Shown: positions 8,041 to 18,214, counted from the first letter of the stretch. The stretch is 23,063 nucleotides of DNA from Polyangiaceae bacterium (GCA_044222475.1 JBGANF010000124.1:1-23063); one strand, 5' to 3'. Numbers and translations are program-made. The notes: generated by a model not told the origin, from the sequence alone.

Positions 8041-9665
8041 CGCTTCCCCCGCTTCTCGGGCTTCTTCTTCTTCTCGAGTCTCTTGCTCGGTTTCGCGGGC
8101 GCGACCGCTTCGGTGCGGCGGCGGCGGACCGCGACCGCGATGCCGAGGATCGACACGGCGAGCGGCATGTAGATGAGGACGTAGTTCCGGAACGCTCCCT
8201 TGTCGTCCTCGGTGAGCTTCAGGCCCGCGGCGATCGTCGGCCGCGCCGGGACGTCGAGGATCTGCGGCGCCGACGCGAGCCATGCGATCGAGTTCTCGAC
8301 CAAGAACGCGCCGCCGCGCCACGGGAGCGGCGCGCGCCAGTTGACCTGGGCGAGCACGTAGGTCGAGCCGACGACGACGACGCGCGGCCCGTGGGGGGCC
8401 TTCGGATCCTTCTTCGGCAGCTCGCTCGCGAGAGCGATCGGGAACGGGCCGGCGACGTCGCCGGCTTCCATCACCGGAGTCTCGGAGGGGCTGGTGCCGA
8501 GGATCCCTCGCGTCCGCGGGAAATCGACGGAGAACGACGCCGAGCTCGACACGAGCAGCTCGGAGACGACGGCGCCTCCGCTCGTGGCCTCGAGGCGCTT
8601 CAACGGGCGAACGGTGTCGAGCACGATGTGGGGCGGGCTCTTCTGGGAGTCGCTCTCGACGAGCGACGCGCTGACCGCGTGGTCCTTCGCGCGGACGACG
8701 AAGTTGATCGCGTGCGTGTCGGGAACGACGAGACCGGGATCCGGGTCGATGACGAGGCGCTGCTCGAGCCCGATGCCGAACGGCTCGAGGACCTTGCGCA
8801 GCGGCGCGACCGGCTCGTCGACCTCGGCGCCGACGGCGACGAAGAGGTTCCCACCGTTTACCAAATAGGTACGAAGGCGCGTCGCCTCCGGATCCGACAT
8901 CGCGCCGAGGTTCCCCATGCGCACCGACGGCGGCGCGAGGATGACGACGGAGCATCCCTTGAACGGATCCAGCGCGTTCTGCGGCGTAGTGTCGATCTCG
9001 ACGGTCTCGTAGTTGTCCTTCTCGAGGATGTCGCGGAGCATCCCGAGGCCTTCGTCGCTGCCGTCTTCGATCGAGCGCTCGCCGTGGCCCGCGAGGAAGC
9101 AGAGGCGCGATTTCTCGCCGGCGGTGACGTGGCGGATCGCGGAGGTGATCGCTTGCTCTTCGCGCGGCTTCACGCGTTGCTCTTCGGCGCCGCTGCCGCC
9201 GACGACCTCGACCATGTCCGTCGGGGTGAGGAACCAGTGGCGATCGCCGTGGGCGGCGACGACGACGGTGTCGGCCACGAGGCGCCCGTCGTCGGTGCGG
9301 GCGGTCTGGATGTGGAAGCGCTTGCGAACGTCGTCGAGGGCGAGCGCGTTCGAGTCGGGGTCGATGTAGTGGATCTCGAGCTTGTCGGTCTCGGCCTCGT
9401 AGCTCTGCATGAGCTGCTTGATGCTCTGCTCCATCGGGTCGCCCCGACCGAGGAGCACCCAGAGCTCGATGCGGTCGGTCAGCGAGTGGAGCGTCTCCTT
9501 CGTCGCCGGCGTGAGCGTGTAGAGCTGGTGCTTCGTCCAGTCCCACCGCGCGTAGTGGCGGGCGCCGAGGACGTTCACGAAGATCGCGATCGCCATCGCG
9601 GCGACGAGCCCGCCGAGGGACCACGCTTGGCTCTCGTCGAGGGGGAGCTTTCGTTTCTCGCTCAT
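8037..9665 (-). CDS. GldG-family ABC-associated auxiliary protein
   Basis: N-terminal TM, RWDWTKHQLYTLTPATKETL, YIDPD, EQAITSAI, FLAGHGE, RVVVVGS, C-terminal TM and a basic tail. Confidence 0.82.
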   Translation of the reverse strand: MSEKRKLPLDESQAWSLGGLVAAMAIAIFVNVLGARHYARWDWTKHQLYTLTPATKETLHSLTDRIELWVLLGRGDPMEQSIKQLMQSYEAETDKLEIHYIDPDSNALALDDVRKRFHIQTARTDDGRLVADTVVVAAHGDRHWFLTPTDMVEVVGGSGAEEQRVKPREEQAITSAIRHVTAGEKSRLCFLAGHGERSIEDGSDEGLGMLRDILEKDNYETVEIDTTPQNALDPFKGCSVVILAPPSVRMGNLGAMSDPEATRLRTYLVNGGNLFVAVGAEVDEPVAPLRKVLEPFGIGLEQRLVIDPDPGLVVPDTHAINFVVRAKDHAVSASLVESDSQKSPPHIVLDTVRPLKRLEATSGGAVVSELLVSSSASFSVDFPRTRGILGTSPSETPVMEAGDVAGPFPIALASELPKKDPKAPHGPRVVVVGSTYVLAQVNWRAPLPWRGGAFLVENSIAWLASAPQILDVPARPTIAAGLKLTEDDKGAFRNYVLIYMPLAVSILGIAVAVRRRRTEAVAPAKPSKRLEKKKKPEKRGKR

Positions 9666-10407
9666 CCCCACCTCCACGCGTCGACCGCGCGCACGGTCAC
9701 GAAGAGGGGAAGCACGATCAGCGTGACGTCGAAGACGATGCGGCGCGAATCCACGATCCCGCTCGCGAAGTCGTTCATCTGGGCCCAGACCGAGACGTGG
9801 GAGCAGACGTCGTGGAGGAGCGTGCCGTCCTTGGTGACGAACTCGGCGACGCCCAGGATGAAGAGGCCGAGGATGACGAGCGCGCTCATGACGAGCGCCA
9901 GGAACTGGCTCTTCGTCATCGCGCTCATCATGAGACCGACGCTCAGGTAGCCCGCCCCGACGAGGAACACGCCGAGGTAGCACGCGCCCGCGGCGTTCCA
10001 GTCGACGTCACCGGAGCGCGCGAGGATGACGAGGTACAGGATCGTCGGTGCCCACATCGCGACGTAGGTCACGAGCGCGGACGCGTACTTCGCGAGCACG
10101 ACCGCCACGCTCGACACGGGGGCGGTCATCAGCGTCTCGATCGTCCCCGAGCGGCGCTCTTCGGCGAAGAGCCGCATGGTCATCGGAGGGACGAGCAAGA
10201 AGAGGACGATGTAGAGGAGGACGGTGTTGCCGAAGAAGGCTTGGACCGGGGTTTGGTCGCTCTCGACCTGGCCTTGCCCGGCGAAGTGGCTGACGAGCAT
10301 GTAGAAGTGCATGCCCTGGACGAACACGAACACGAGGATGAGCACCCACGCCAAGGGGGTGACGAAGAAGGCGAACAGCTCGCGCTTGAAGATGGGCCAG
10401 AACGCTC

Positions 10408-10411
<4 letters not shown>
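9662..10411 (-). CDS. GldF-like ABC-2 type permease
   Basis: IFKRELFAFFVTPLAW, TMRLFAEERRSGTIETLMTAPV..VVLAKY and FASGIVD, with about 6 TM segments. ATG overlaps the ATPase stop. Confidence 0.88.
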
Positions 10412-11445
<1,034 letters not shown>

Positions 11446-11532
11446 CGGAAGGCGCCTTGCGCGGTGCATTAGCCCAAAATCGCCGCAAAGTCGCGTCCCA
11501 GCGCGGGAAGCGCTAAAGGATCAGCGACTACG

Positions 11533-12531
11533 ATGAGGCGCATTTTTCGGGCGTCCGTGACGGCGAGCGCGGTTCTGATGGTGGCGTGCCATGGCTCGGT
11601 GGGCTCGGAGCCGGTGGCCGTCAGCGCGTCCGCTCCGCCGTCGGCGACCGCATCCGCCTCGGCCCCGGTCGTCGTGGACGCCTCGGTCGACCTCGCCGAC
11701 GCCGAGCTCGACGCGAGCGTCGCGCCCAAGGTCCCTGAAGGGATGCTCCTCGTACCTGCGGGTTCGTTCACCATGGGCGCCGACACCGGCGGCGAAGAAG
11801 ACGAGCGCCCTGCCCATCGGGTCACGCTCCCGGCGTTCTTCCTCGATCGCACGCCGGTGACCAACGAGGCGTACGGCGCGTGTGTCCGCAGCGGCGCGTG
11901 CAAGTCGAACGACGTTCACATCGCGAGCGAGACCCACGCCGGCCCCGACGAGAACTTCACCGGACCGAAGCAACCGGTCGTCGGCGTGCGCTGGGACGAC
12001 GCGAAGACGTACTGCGTCGCGCAGGGCAAACGACTGCCGACCGAGGCCGAGTACGAGCGCGCGATCCGAGGCGACGACGACCGGAAATTCCCGTGGGGCA
12101 ACGAGCCGCCCACCGCCGAGCGCGCGGTGTTCGCGCGGCTCTACGGCAAGGGCCACACCGAAGACGTCGGGACCCATCCGGCCGGTCGAGGACCGTTCGG
12201 TCACGACGATCTGGCGGGCAACGTCTGGGAGTGGGTCGACGACGAGTACGATCCCTACGCGTACCGACGTGGTACCGCCGCGCAGGGGAAGCCGGGCACG
12301 TGCGAGCAGATCCTCGCGACGCTGTACGAGCTCCGCACCAGCGGGAAACAGGGCTTCACCGGCTCGAACCCGATCCCGACCGAGTGCGAGCACGTCCTCC
12401 GAGGGGGCGCGTTCAACTACGACGCGGTCGGGCTCCGGGCGTCGAACCGGGTGCACCACCCCGGGCGCTTCCGCCTCGTCATGAGCGGCTTCCGCTGCGC
12501 GATGAGCGTGGTCATTTCGTCGGATCGGTGA
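11533..12531 (+). CDS. FGE-sulfatase (SUMF1/EgtB/PvdO) domain probable lipoprotein
   Basis: Lipobox-like LMVAC, Ala/Ser/Pro linker, VPAGSFTMG, PVTNEAY, PVVGVRWDDA, RLPTEAEYE, DLAGNVWEW, VLRGGAF and GFRCA. Confidence 0.88.
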   Translation: MRRIFRASVTASAVLMVACHGSVGSEPVAVSASAPPSATASASAPVVVDASVDLADAELDASVAPKVPEGMLLVPAGSFTMGADTGGEEDERPAHRVTLPAFFLDRTPVTNEAYGACVRSGACKSNDVHIASETHAGPDENFTGPKQPVVGVRWDDAKTYCVAQGKRLPTEAEYERAIRGDDDRKFPWGNEPPTAERAVFARLYGKGHTEDVGTHPAGRGPFGHDDLAGNVWEWVDDEYDPYAYRRGTAAQGKPGTCEQILATLYELRTSGKQGFTGSNPIPTECEHVLRGGAFNYDAVGLRASNRVHHPGRFRLVMSGFRCAMSVVISSDR

Positions 12532-12630
12532 GGCCGCAGGGTGACTCCCTACGCTGGATCGGAGTGGCCGAACGTTCACACCCTTCCCAAGAATCGGTGA
12601 AAAAGATGCATTTCGAGTGAATTCGGGCGA

Positions 12631-12646
12631 TGGAACACAGGTTGCT
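12631..12646 (+). promoter_or_regulatory. Putative sigma54 (-24/-12) promoter
   Basis: TGGAACACAGGTTGCT has exact GG-N10-GC spacing against consensus TGGCACG-N4-TTGCW, about 40 bp upstream of ATG 12688, with an AT-rich tract upstream. Confidence 0.65.
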
Positions 12647-12687
12647 CTAGGGCATGCGTCCCCAAAACCTCGGGAGGGTTTATTCCG

Positions 12688-13371
12688 ATGCGATCCACTC
12701 TCATTCGTCTTGCTCCTTTGGCCGTCGCTGCGACGGTCTTCACGGTCACTTCTTCGGCCCATGCCCAGTCGGTTCAGGTGCAACCCGCGCCCACCGCCAA
12801 CGTCGGAGCCGGCGCTCCTCCCGGGGCCGTCGTCCAGCAGCCGCAGCAGGGCGAGTACGTCGCTCCGCTGCAGCAGCAGACCCAGCCGAGCTACGTTCCG
12901 CAGAGCGTTGCGCTCTCGGGGCCGCGCATCATCCGCGATTACACCGAGGGTGACCCCATTCCTCCCGGCTACCACGTCGAGTCCCGCGTTCGCGGCGGCC
13001 TCATCGGTGGCGGTCTCGGCATGTTCGGCGGCGCCTACCTGATCTCGGTGCTCGTCGCGGCGGTTGGGTCCGACCTCTCGAACGCGTGCAACTCGATCGC
13101 CGGCAACGGCACCTGTACCAACCCGCTCTGGCCTCTCTACCTCCCGGTCGTCGGACCGTGGGTCACGATGGGCACCGCCGGCGGCACGGCGACCGGCATG
13201 GTGTTCCTCGCCATCGACGGCCTCCTGCAGGGCGCCGGCGCGGCGATGACGATCATCGGCATCGCCGTTCCGAAGACGGTCCTCGTCCGCAACGACCTTG
13301 GCTCGATCCAAGTGACGCCGATGATGGTCGGCGGCACGAGCCCTGGCTTCGGCCTCGCCGGCACGTTCTGA
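12688..13371 (+). CDS. Hypothetical exported/membrane protein
   Basis: SD GGAGG at 12673-12677, signal peptide ending SAHA, Q/P-rich linker, Gly-rich hydrophobic segments and GC3-rich codons. Confidence 0.78.
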   Translation: MRSTLIRLAPLAVAATVFTVTSSAHAQSVQVQPAPTANVGAGAPPGAVVQQPQQGEYVAPLQQQTQPSYVPQSVALSGPRIIRDYTEGDPIPPGYHVESRVRGGLIGGGLGMFGGAYLISVLVAAVGSDLSNACNSIAGNGTCTNPLWPLYLPVVGPWVTMGTAGGTATGMVFLAIDGLLQGAGAAMTIIGIAVPKTVLVRNDLGSIQVTPMMVGGTSPGFGLAGTF

Positions 13372-13401
13372 TGGCGTAAGCCACTTACTTGTACTTTGCA
13401 A

Positions 13402-13447
13402 CATTCGGCGCGGCGCTTCCTGGAGCGTCGCGCCGAGTGCTTTCTTG
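13402..13447 (+). terminator. Rho-independent terminator hairpin between convergent genes
   Basis: CATTCGGCGCGGCGCTT pairs with GAGCGTCGCGCCGAGTG (G-U allowed) across a short loop and is followed by CTTTCTT. Confidence 0.7.
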
Positions 13448-13450
13448 GCT

Positions 13451-13918
13451 TCAGCTGCGCACGCGCCAGTTGCCGGTGAACACACGGCCGATGTCGTCGC
13501 AGGTCGGGTCGGTCACGGTGAGCTCCGGACGCCCCTTCACGTTGACGATGATGGTGTTCTGGCGAAACACCCGCCCGACGGCGAGCGCTTCGTCGCGCTC
13601 GATGCCGTGCACGAGCCACGAGGGCTCGCGCCACGTGCTCTCGGGCTCCTCCTCGTATCCGACGCACGACTCGACGCGGTAGCAGCCGAGGATGAGGAGA
13701 TCGCGGAGGACGTTGTGCCTCTGCTCGTTGACGCGGCGGGGCAGCAGCATCGAGCGGGGGTTGTAGGCCGTGAGGATCGAGAACGACGTGCGGAGGAGCT
13801 CGGGCAAGGTCGAGGGGTCCGTCACGACGTCGCCGTCGAGCGAGACGCGGAGCGGGCCGTTCGCCGTCGGGAGCTCGTACACCGTCGCGAGGTATTGTCG
13901 GAGGAGGGTCTGATCCAT
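13451..13918 (-). CDS. DUF3293 domain-containing protein
   Basis: Y..T.Y, ILTAYNPRS, N..R...L, WREPSWLV and GRVFRQNTI. ATG lies 2 nt after the response regulator stop. Confidence 0.75.
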   Translation of the reverse strand: MDQTLLRQYLATVYELPTANGPLRVSLDGDVVTDPSTLPELLRTSFSILTAYNPRSMLLPRRVNEQRHNVLRDLLILGCYRVESCVGYEEEPESTWREPSWLVHGIERDEALAVGRVFRQNTIIVNVKGRPELTVTDPTCDDIGRVFTGNWRVRS

Positions 13919-13920
13919 CG

Positions 13921-14670
13921 CTACTTGTTGCTTTCCGGGCCGTTCGTCGCGCCGTCGTCGAAGCGATAGCCGACTCCCCGCACGGTGCGGAGAAATTTCG
14001 GCTCCTGCGGATCGGCCTCGAGCTTGGCGCGGAGCTGCTGGATGAAGTTGTCGATCGTGCGCGGCGTTCCGTGGTGGGCCGGGCCCCACACCTTCTTGAA
14101 GATCGTCTCGCGGCTCATGGCGCGACCCGGCGAGTCGAGGAGGCACTTCAAGACGTCGAACTCGGTAGCGGTCATCTCGACGGCGGTGCCGGCGCGCCGC
14201 ACCTCGCGAGCCTCGTAGTCGACGACGCAGTCCCCGAAGCTCACTTGTCGGCTCGGCGGTCGTGCTCCGCCGCCGCGGCGCAGCGCCGCGCGCACACGGG
14301 CGAGGAGCTCGGCCAAGCTGAACGGCTTGGCGACGTAGTCCTCGGCGCCGAGCTCGAGCCCGCTCACCTTGTCCATCTCTCCGGTGCGCGCGGACAAGAC
14401 GATGATCGGCATCTGGTAGCCCTCGGTGCGCAGGGTGTTGAGCACCTCGAAGCCGTTCATGTTCGGGAGCATCACGTCGAGGATCAGGAGATCGGGCGCC
14501 TGGGTTCGCGCCGTCTCGAGCCCGCGCTCGCCGTCGGCCTCGACGAGGACGCGATAGCCCTCCTTCTCGAGGTTGATCCGCAGCCCGAGCGAGATACTCG
14601 GGTCGTCTTCGACGACGAGGACGGTGCGCGTGCCGCTCAGTCCGTCGGCGCGCTTCGGTACCGCGATCAT
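13921..14670 (-). CDS. OmpR/PhoB-family response regulator
   Basis: LVVEDD, LILDVMLP (phospho-Asp), GAEDYVAKPF and winged helix MTATEFDVL...RTIDNFIQQLRAKLE...TVRGVGYRF. Confidence 0.93.
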   Translation of the reverse strand: MIAVPKRADGLSGTRTVLVVEDDPSISLGLRINLEKEGYRVLVEADGERGLETARTQAPDLLILDVMLPNMNGFEVLNTLRTEGYQMPIIVLSARTGEMDKVSGLELGAEDYVAKPFSLAELLARVRAALRRGGGARPPSRQVSFGDCVVDYEAREVRRAGTAVEMTATEFDVLKCLLDSPGRAMSRETIFKKVWGPAHHGTPRTIDNFIQQLRAKLEADPQEPKFLRTVRGVGYRFDDGATNGPESNK

Positions 14671-15668
14671 GGCTCCTTCGCGTGTAGCGCGACTCCGGCC
14701 CCCGGCCTAGTCGATCCCCGCGAAAGTTTTTCCGGTTCCGGCGGCGCCGCGTCGAGGACGAGGCGAAACGTCGAGCCCTTGGTCGCGCCCGGTTCGGTCG
14801 AGTTCTCGACCGAGACCTCGCCTCCGTGAGCGCGCGCGAAGTGCTTCACGATCGCGAGGCCGAGGCCGCTTCCTTCGCGCGTGCGCGAGAGGCGATCGTC
14901 GATGCGGTAGAATTTCTCGAAGATGCGGCGTCGCTCGGCGGCCGGGACGCCTTCGCCGTTGTCGCTCACCGTGAACACGATGCGGCCCTTGGCGTCGCGG
15001 TTCGCGCGGAGCGCGACCTTCGCCGGTGAGCCGCCGTACTTGTGCGCGTTCGAGAGGAGGTTCACCAGCGCGTCGACGAGGGCGCCGCGATCGGCGAGGA
15101 CCTGCGGCAAGCCCGGTGCGACCTCGGTCACGAGCTCGAGGCTCTCGTCGGTGCGCGTCGGCGTGAAGTGCGCCACGGCGCTGTCGACGACTTCTTGGAC
15201 CGGCACCGGCCCGACGTCGTAGAGCTTGCGCCCGGCCTCCATGCGGCCCCAGTCCAGGAGCCGCTCGATGCGCTCGGACAACTTTTCCGTCTCGGTCGAG
15301 AGCATGCGGATGCACTCGGCTTGGGTCTCCGGATCGTCCTTCGAGCGCTCGAGCGTCTCGGCGAAGAGGCGGATGGCGGTGAGCGGCGTGCGGAGCTCGT
15401 GCGAGACCTTGGACACGAAGTCGGCCTGGAGCTCGCTGAGGTTCGCCTCGCGCCGAACGAAGAACATGACGAGGACGACGCCGGTGACGAGCGCGCAGAC
15501 GAAGCTCACGATGAGGATCCCCATCAGGAGATCGAAGCCGGCCTCGCCGATGATCATCGAGACGATCCCGAGCGAGAGCAGGAGCCCCGACGGGATGATC
15601 ACGAGGTACACGAGCAGCTGGACGATGCGGCGATAGCCGAGGCGCTGCCGGTTCTTCGAAGTGGCCAC
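14667..15668 (-). CDS. Sensor histidine kinase (HisKA + HATPase) with two closely spaced TM helices
   Basis: VSHELRTPLT, NLLSNAHKY, DNGEG, IFEKFYR and GSGLGL. GTG start at 15668 is supported by TACACT 6 nt upstream. Confidence 0.9.
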   Translation of the reverse strand: MATSKNRQRLGYRRIVQLLVYLVIIPSGLLLSLGIVSMIIGEAGFDLLMGILIVSFVCALVTGVVLVMFFVRREANLSELQADFVSKVSHELRTPLTAIRLFAETLERSKDDPETQAECIRMLSTETEKLSERIERLLDWGRMEAGRKLYDVGPVPVQEVVDSAVAHFTPTRTDESLELVTEVAPGLPQVLADRGALVDALVNLLSNAHKYGGSPAKVALRANRDAKGRIVFTVSDNGEGVPAAERRRIFEKFYRIDDRLSRTREGSGLGLAIVKHFARAHGGEVSVENSTEPGATKGSTFRLVLDAAPPEPEKLSRGSTRPGAGVALHAKEP

Positions 15669-15674
15669 GGGGTG

Positions 15675-15680
15675 AGTGTA
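15675..15680 (-). promoter_or_regulatory. Putative -10 box (TACACT) for a leaderless kinase transcript
   Basis: Minus strand reads TACACT-cacccc-GTG, with no SD. Confidence 0.45.
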
Positions 15681-15744
15681 GCGCACCGGCGCGATGGTCA
15701 CGCGAGACGCGAGAGTCTCCGCGCGGACGCTGGGGAAATCGAGC

Positions 15745-16667
15745 TCATGGTGCAGCTCGCTGGAGCGCGGCCAGCATCGCGTCGAAGGGGGCTGGCACTC
15801 CCAGCCAGAGCTCGAGCGCCAGGGCACCCTGCCACGCGAGCATGCCGAGCCCGGACGTCACGCGGATGCCGTGCTCGTTCGCGGCGCGGACGAACGGCGT
15901 CTCCGGCGGCGCATACACGACCTCGAGCGCGCCCGCGCGGGCGGGGAGTGAAGACCACGCGATCGCCGCGGCGACGGCTTCACCGGGGTTCGCCTTCGCG
16001 ACCCCCGCCATGCCGGCGCTCGTCGCCTGGATGACGAAGCTCGCTTCCCGCTCGAGCTCTTCGCGACCCCCTCCATGCCGGCGCTCGTCGCCTGGACGAC
16101 GAAGCATGCTTCGTGCTCGAGCTCGGCGTTCGGCGCAAGAGGGCTCACCGTCAGGTCCGCGCCCTGGGCGAGCGGCGCGAGGTCTTCCTGCCGAGTCTTC
16201 TGCAGATCGCGAGCGCGCACGTCGACTCGGCGGGCGCCGAGATGCATGCAGCATGCAACTATTGCCGCGCGCGCGGCGCCGCCACTGCCGAGGACGATGG
16301 CCGCGCCACCGCGAACCCCGGGGGCGACACGCTCGAGCTCGTGAGCGATCGCTGCGACGTCGGTGTTGTGTGCGATCACGCGCCCACCCTCGCGGACGAG
16401 CGTGTTCGCAGCGCCGACGCGCCGCGCGGTGGGGTCGACCGCGTCGACGAGCTCGAGCACCGCGCGCTTGTGCGGGACGGTGACGTTCAGGCCTGCGAGA
16501 TCTCCCCGTCGAAGCGCGTCGACGTGGACGCCGAGGTCGGCTTGCGCGCAGCGGATCGCGTCGTAGCGATGCGGGAGCCCGAGGGCGCGGAACGCGGCTT
16601 CGTGCATGACCGGGCTCTTCGAGTGGGCGACCGGATCCCCGAGCAGCGCGAAGCGGAGCGGCGTCAT
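15745..16667 (-). pseudogene. aroE: Shikimate dehydrogenase, frameshifted by a 65-bp tandem duplication
   Basis: N-part (LLGDPVAHSKSP..H, GLNVTVPHK, GAANT, HNTD, LGSGGAARA) and C-part (EVVYAPPETPF, GLGMLAWQGA) are in different frames. Removing one 65-bp copy gives 858 nt, an intact 285-aa AroE. Could be an assembly artefact. Confidence 0.8.
15994..16123. repeat. Imperfect direct tandem repeat, 2 x 65 bp
   Basis: 15994-16058 versus 16059-16123: 6 substitutions, no indels. Confidence 0.93.
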
Positions 16668-18199
16668 CGGTCGCCGGGCTCTTCGACGCGGGCGCGGAAG
16701 CTGCCCTCGTGGACGCGGACGTCGACCGCGTCGCCGGGGCGCACCTCGGAGGCGCTGCGCACCGCGCGTCCCTCCTTCGTCGCGATGGCGTAGCCGCGAC
16801 CGAGCACCTTCAGCGGGCTCATCGCGTCGAGGCGCTCGGCGAAGCCGCTCACCTGCGAGCGCCCGCGGGTGATCCGGCGCTCGAAGACGACGGTGAGTCG
16901 CGCATGGAGCGCGCTCGCCTGCGAGCGTTCGCGCTCCAGGACGGCGGCCGGGCTCTGCGCGACGAGCCGGTGGCGGAGCTCGGCGATCTCGGCGCGCCGG
17001 GCCGTGACCGCGTCGAAACCGAGCGTCTCGAGGCGCGACACGTGGTCGTCCACGCGCTGCTGCCACGCCGCGAGAGCGAGCCGCGGGTCGCCGAGCAAGC
17101 GCAGCGCGCGATCGAGCTCGCCCCGGCCCTCTCGCAGCTGCGCGCGGGTCGCGCGGACGAGCCGCTCGTGGAGGTGGTGCACCTCGCGACGCTTCGCCGC
17201 GCGATCGGGGACGCACATCTCCGCGGCCTGCGAGGGCGTGGCTGCGCGCGCGTCGGCGGCGAAGTCGGCGAGCGTCACGTCGACTTCGTGGCCGACCGCG
17301 CTCACGATCGGGACACGGCACGCCGCGATCGCGCGAACGAGGGCTTCGTCGCTGAACGTGAGCAGCTCGTCGAACGATCCGCCGCCGCGGCCGACGATGA
17401 TCACGTCGACCTCTTCGACGCGCGCCAGCGCGCGCAGGGCCCGGACGACGGACTGCGCCGCGCCCTGACCTTGGACCTGAGCCGGCGCGAGGAGGATGCG
17501 CGCTCCTCCGCGTCGCTTCGCGACCTTCACGACGTCGTGGATGACGGCGCCGCCAGCGCTCGTCACGACGCCGATCACGCGCGGGTCCGCGGGGAGCTTC
17601 TTCTTGCGCTCCGGCGCGAAGAGCCCCTCCTTCGCGAGCTTCTCCTTCAGGATCTCGATGGCCTCGAGCAGCGCGCCTTGGCCCGCCGCCTCGATGCGAT
17701 CGGCGACGAACTGGAGCTTGCCTCGCGGCGCCCAGAACGTCGGCTTCCCGCGGAGGCGCACGCGTGCGCCGTCCTTGACCGCCGCGCGCCCTCGCGGCGT
17801 GAGGCTCGTCCGGTAGGCGACGACGTCGATCGACGCGTCCTCGCCCTCGTCCTTTAGTGCAAAGTACATGTGACCGCTCGCCGCGGGCCGCGCACCGACG
17901 ACCTCGCCCTCGACGAAGACCGCCGCCGGGAACGCACGGTTAAGCGATCCTCCGAGCGCGCGCGAGAGATCGCCGACGGACATGACGGTGGGCTCCGCGC
18001 GGGCGGGCTTCGCGCTCGGCGGCGGCGCCGAGGGAAACTTCGGCGGCCACGAGTCGTCCTCGGGTTCGGGAGGTGGCCACGACGGTGCGGGTGGCGGCGC
18101 GGCGGACTTCGCCGTGGGCGGCGGCTGCGTCGGCGGAGGCGGAAGCTCGCCGAAGTCGAAGACCAGGTTTCGGTCGTTCTTCCGGTCGCTCTCGGACAC
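16664..18199 (-). CDS. xseA: Exodeoxyribonuclease VII large subunit
   Basis: VEGEV, SGHMYFALKD, IGVVTSAGGAVIHD, VQG, IIVGRGGGS, VSAVGHEVD, D..A.TPSQAAE and SPLKVLGRGYA. Confidence 0.95.
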   Translation of the reverse strand: MSESDRKNDRNLVFDFGELPPPPTQPPPTAKSAAPPPAPSWPPPEPEDDSWPPKFPSAPPPSAKPARAEPTVMSVGDLSRALGGSLNRAFPAAVFVEGEVVGARPAASGHMYFALKDEGEDASIDVVAYRTSLTPRGRAAVKDGARVRLRGKPTFWAPRGKLQFVADRIEAAGQGALLEAIEILKEKLAKEGLFAPERKKKLPADPRVIGVVTSAGGAVIHDVVKVAKRRGGARILLAPAQVQGQGAAQSVVRALRALARVEEVDVIIVGRGGGSFDELLTFSDEALVRAIAACRVPIVSAVGHEVDVTLADFAADARAATPSQAAEMCVPDRAAKRREVHHLHERLVRATRAQLREGRGELDRALRLLGDPRLALAAWQQRVDDHVSRLETLGFDAVTARRAEIAELRHRLVAQSPAAVLERERSQASALHARLTVVFERRITRGRSQVSGFAERLDAMSPLKVLGRGYAIATKEGRAVRSASEVRPGDAVDVRVHEGSFRARVEEPGDR

Positions 18200-18205
18200 G
18201 GCCGG

Positions 18206-18214
18206 AGGGTATCA
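18206..18214 (-). promoter_or_regulatory. Putative extended -10 (TGa-TACCCT) of xseA
   Basis: Minus strand reads TGATACCCT-ccggcc-GTG, with no SD. Confidence 0.45.

Noticed and set aside
16050..16070. Programmed -1 frameshift rescuing aroE
   Set aside because: No X XXY YYZ or A AAG slippery motif at the junction. The duplication alone explains the frame change.
11533..16123. Diversity-generating retroelement (FGE/CLec-fold target plus an imperfect repeat pair)
   Set aside because: No reverse transcriptase, no template repeat matching the FGE C-terminus, and the aroE repeat differences are not confined to adenines in either copy.
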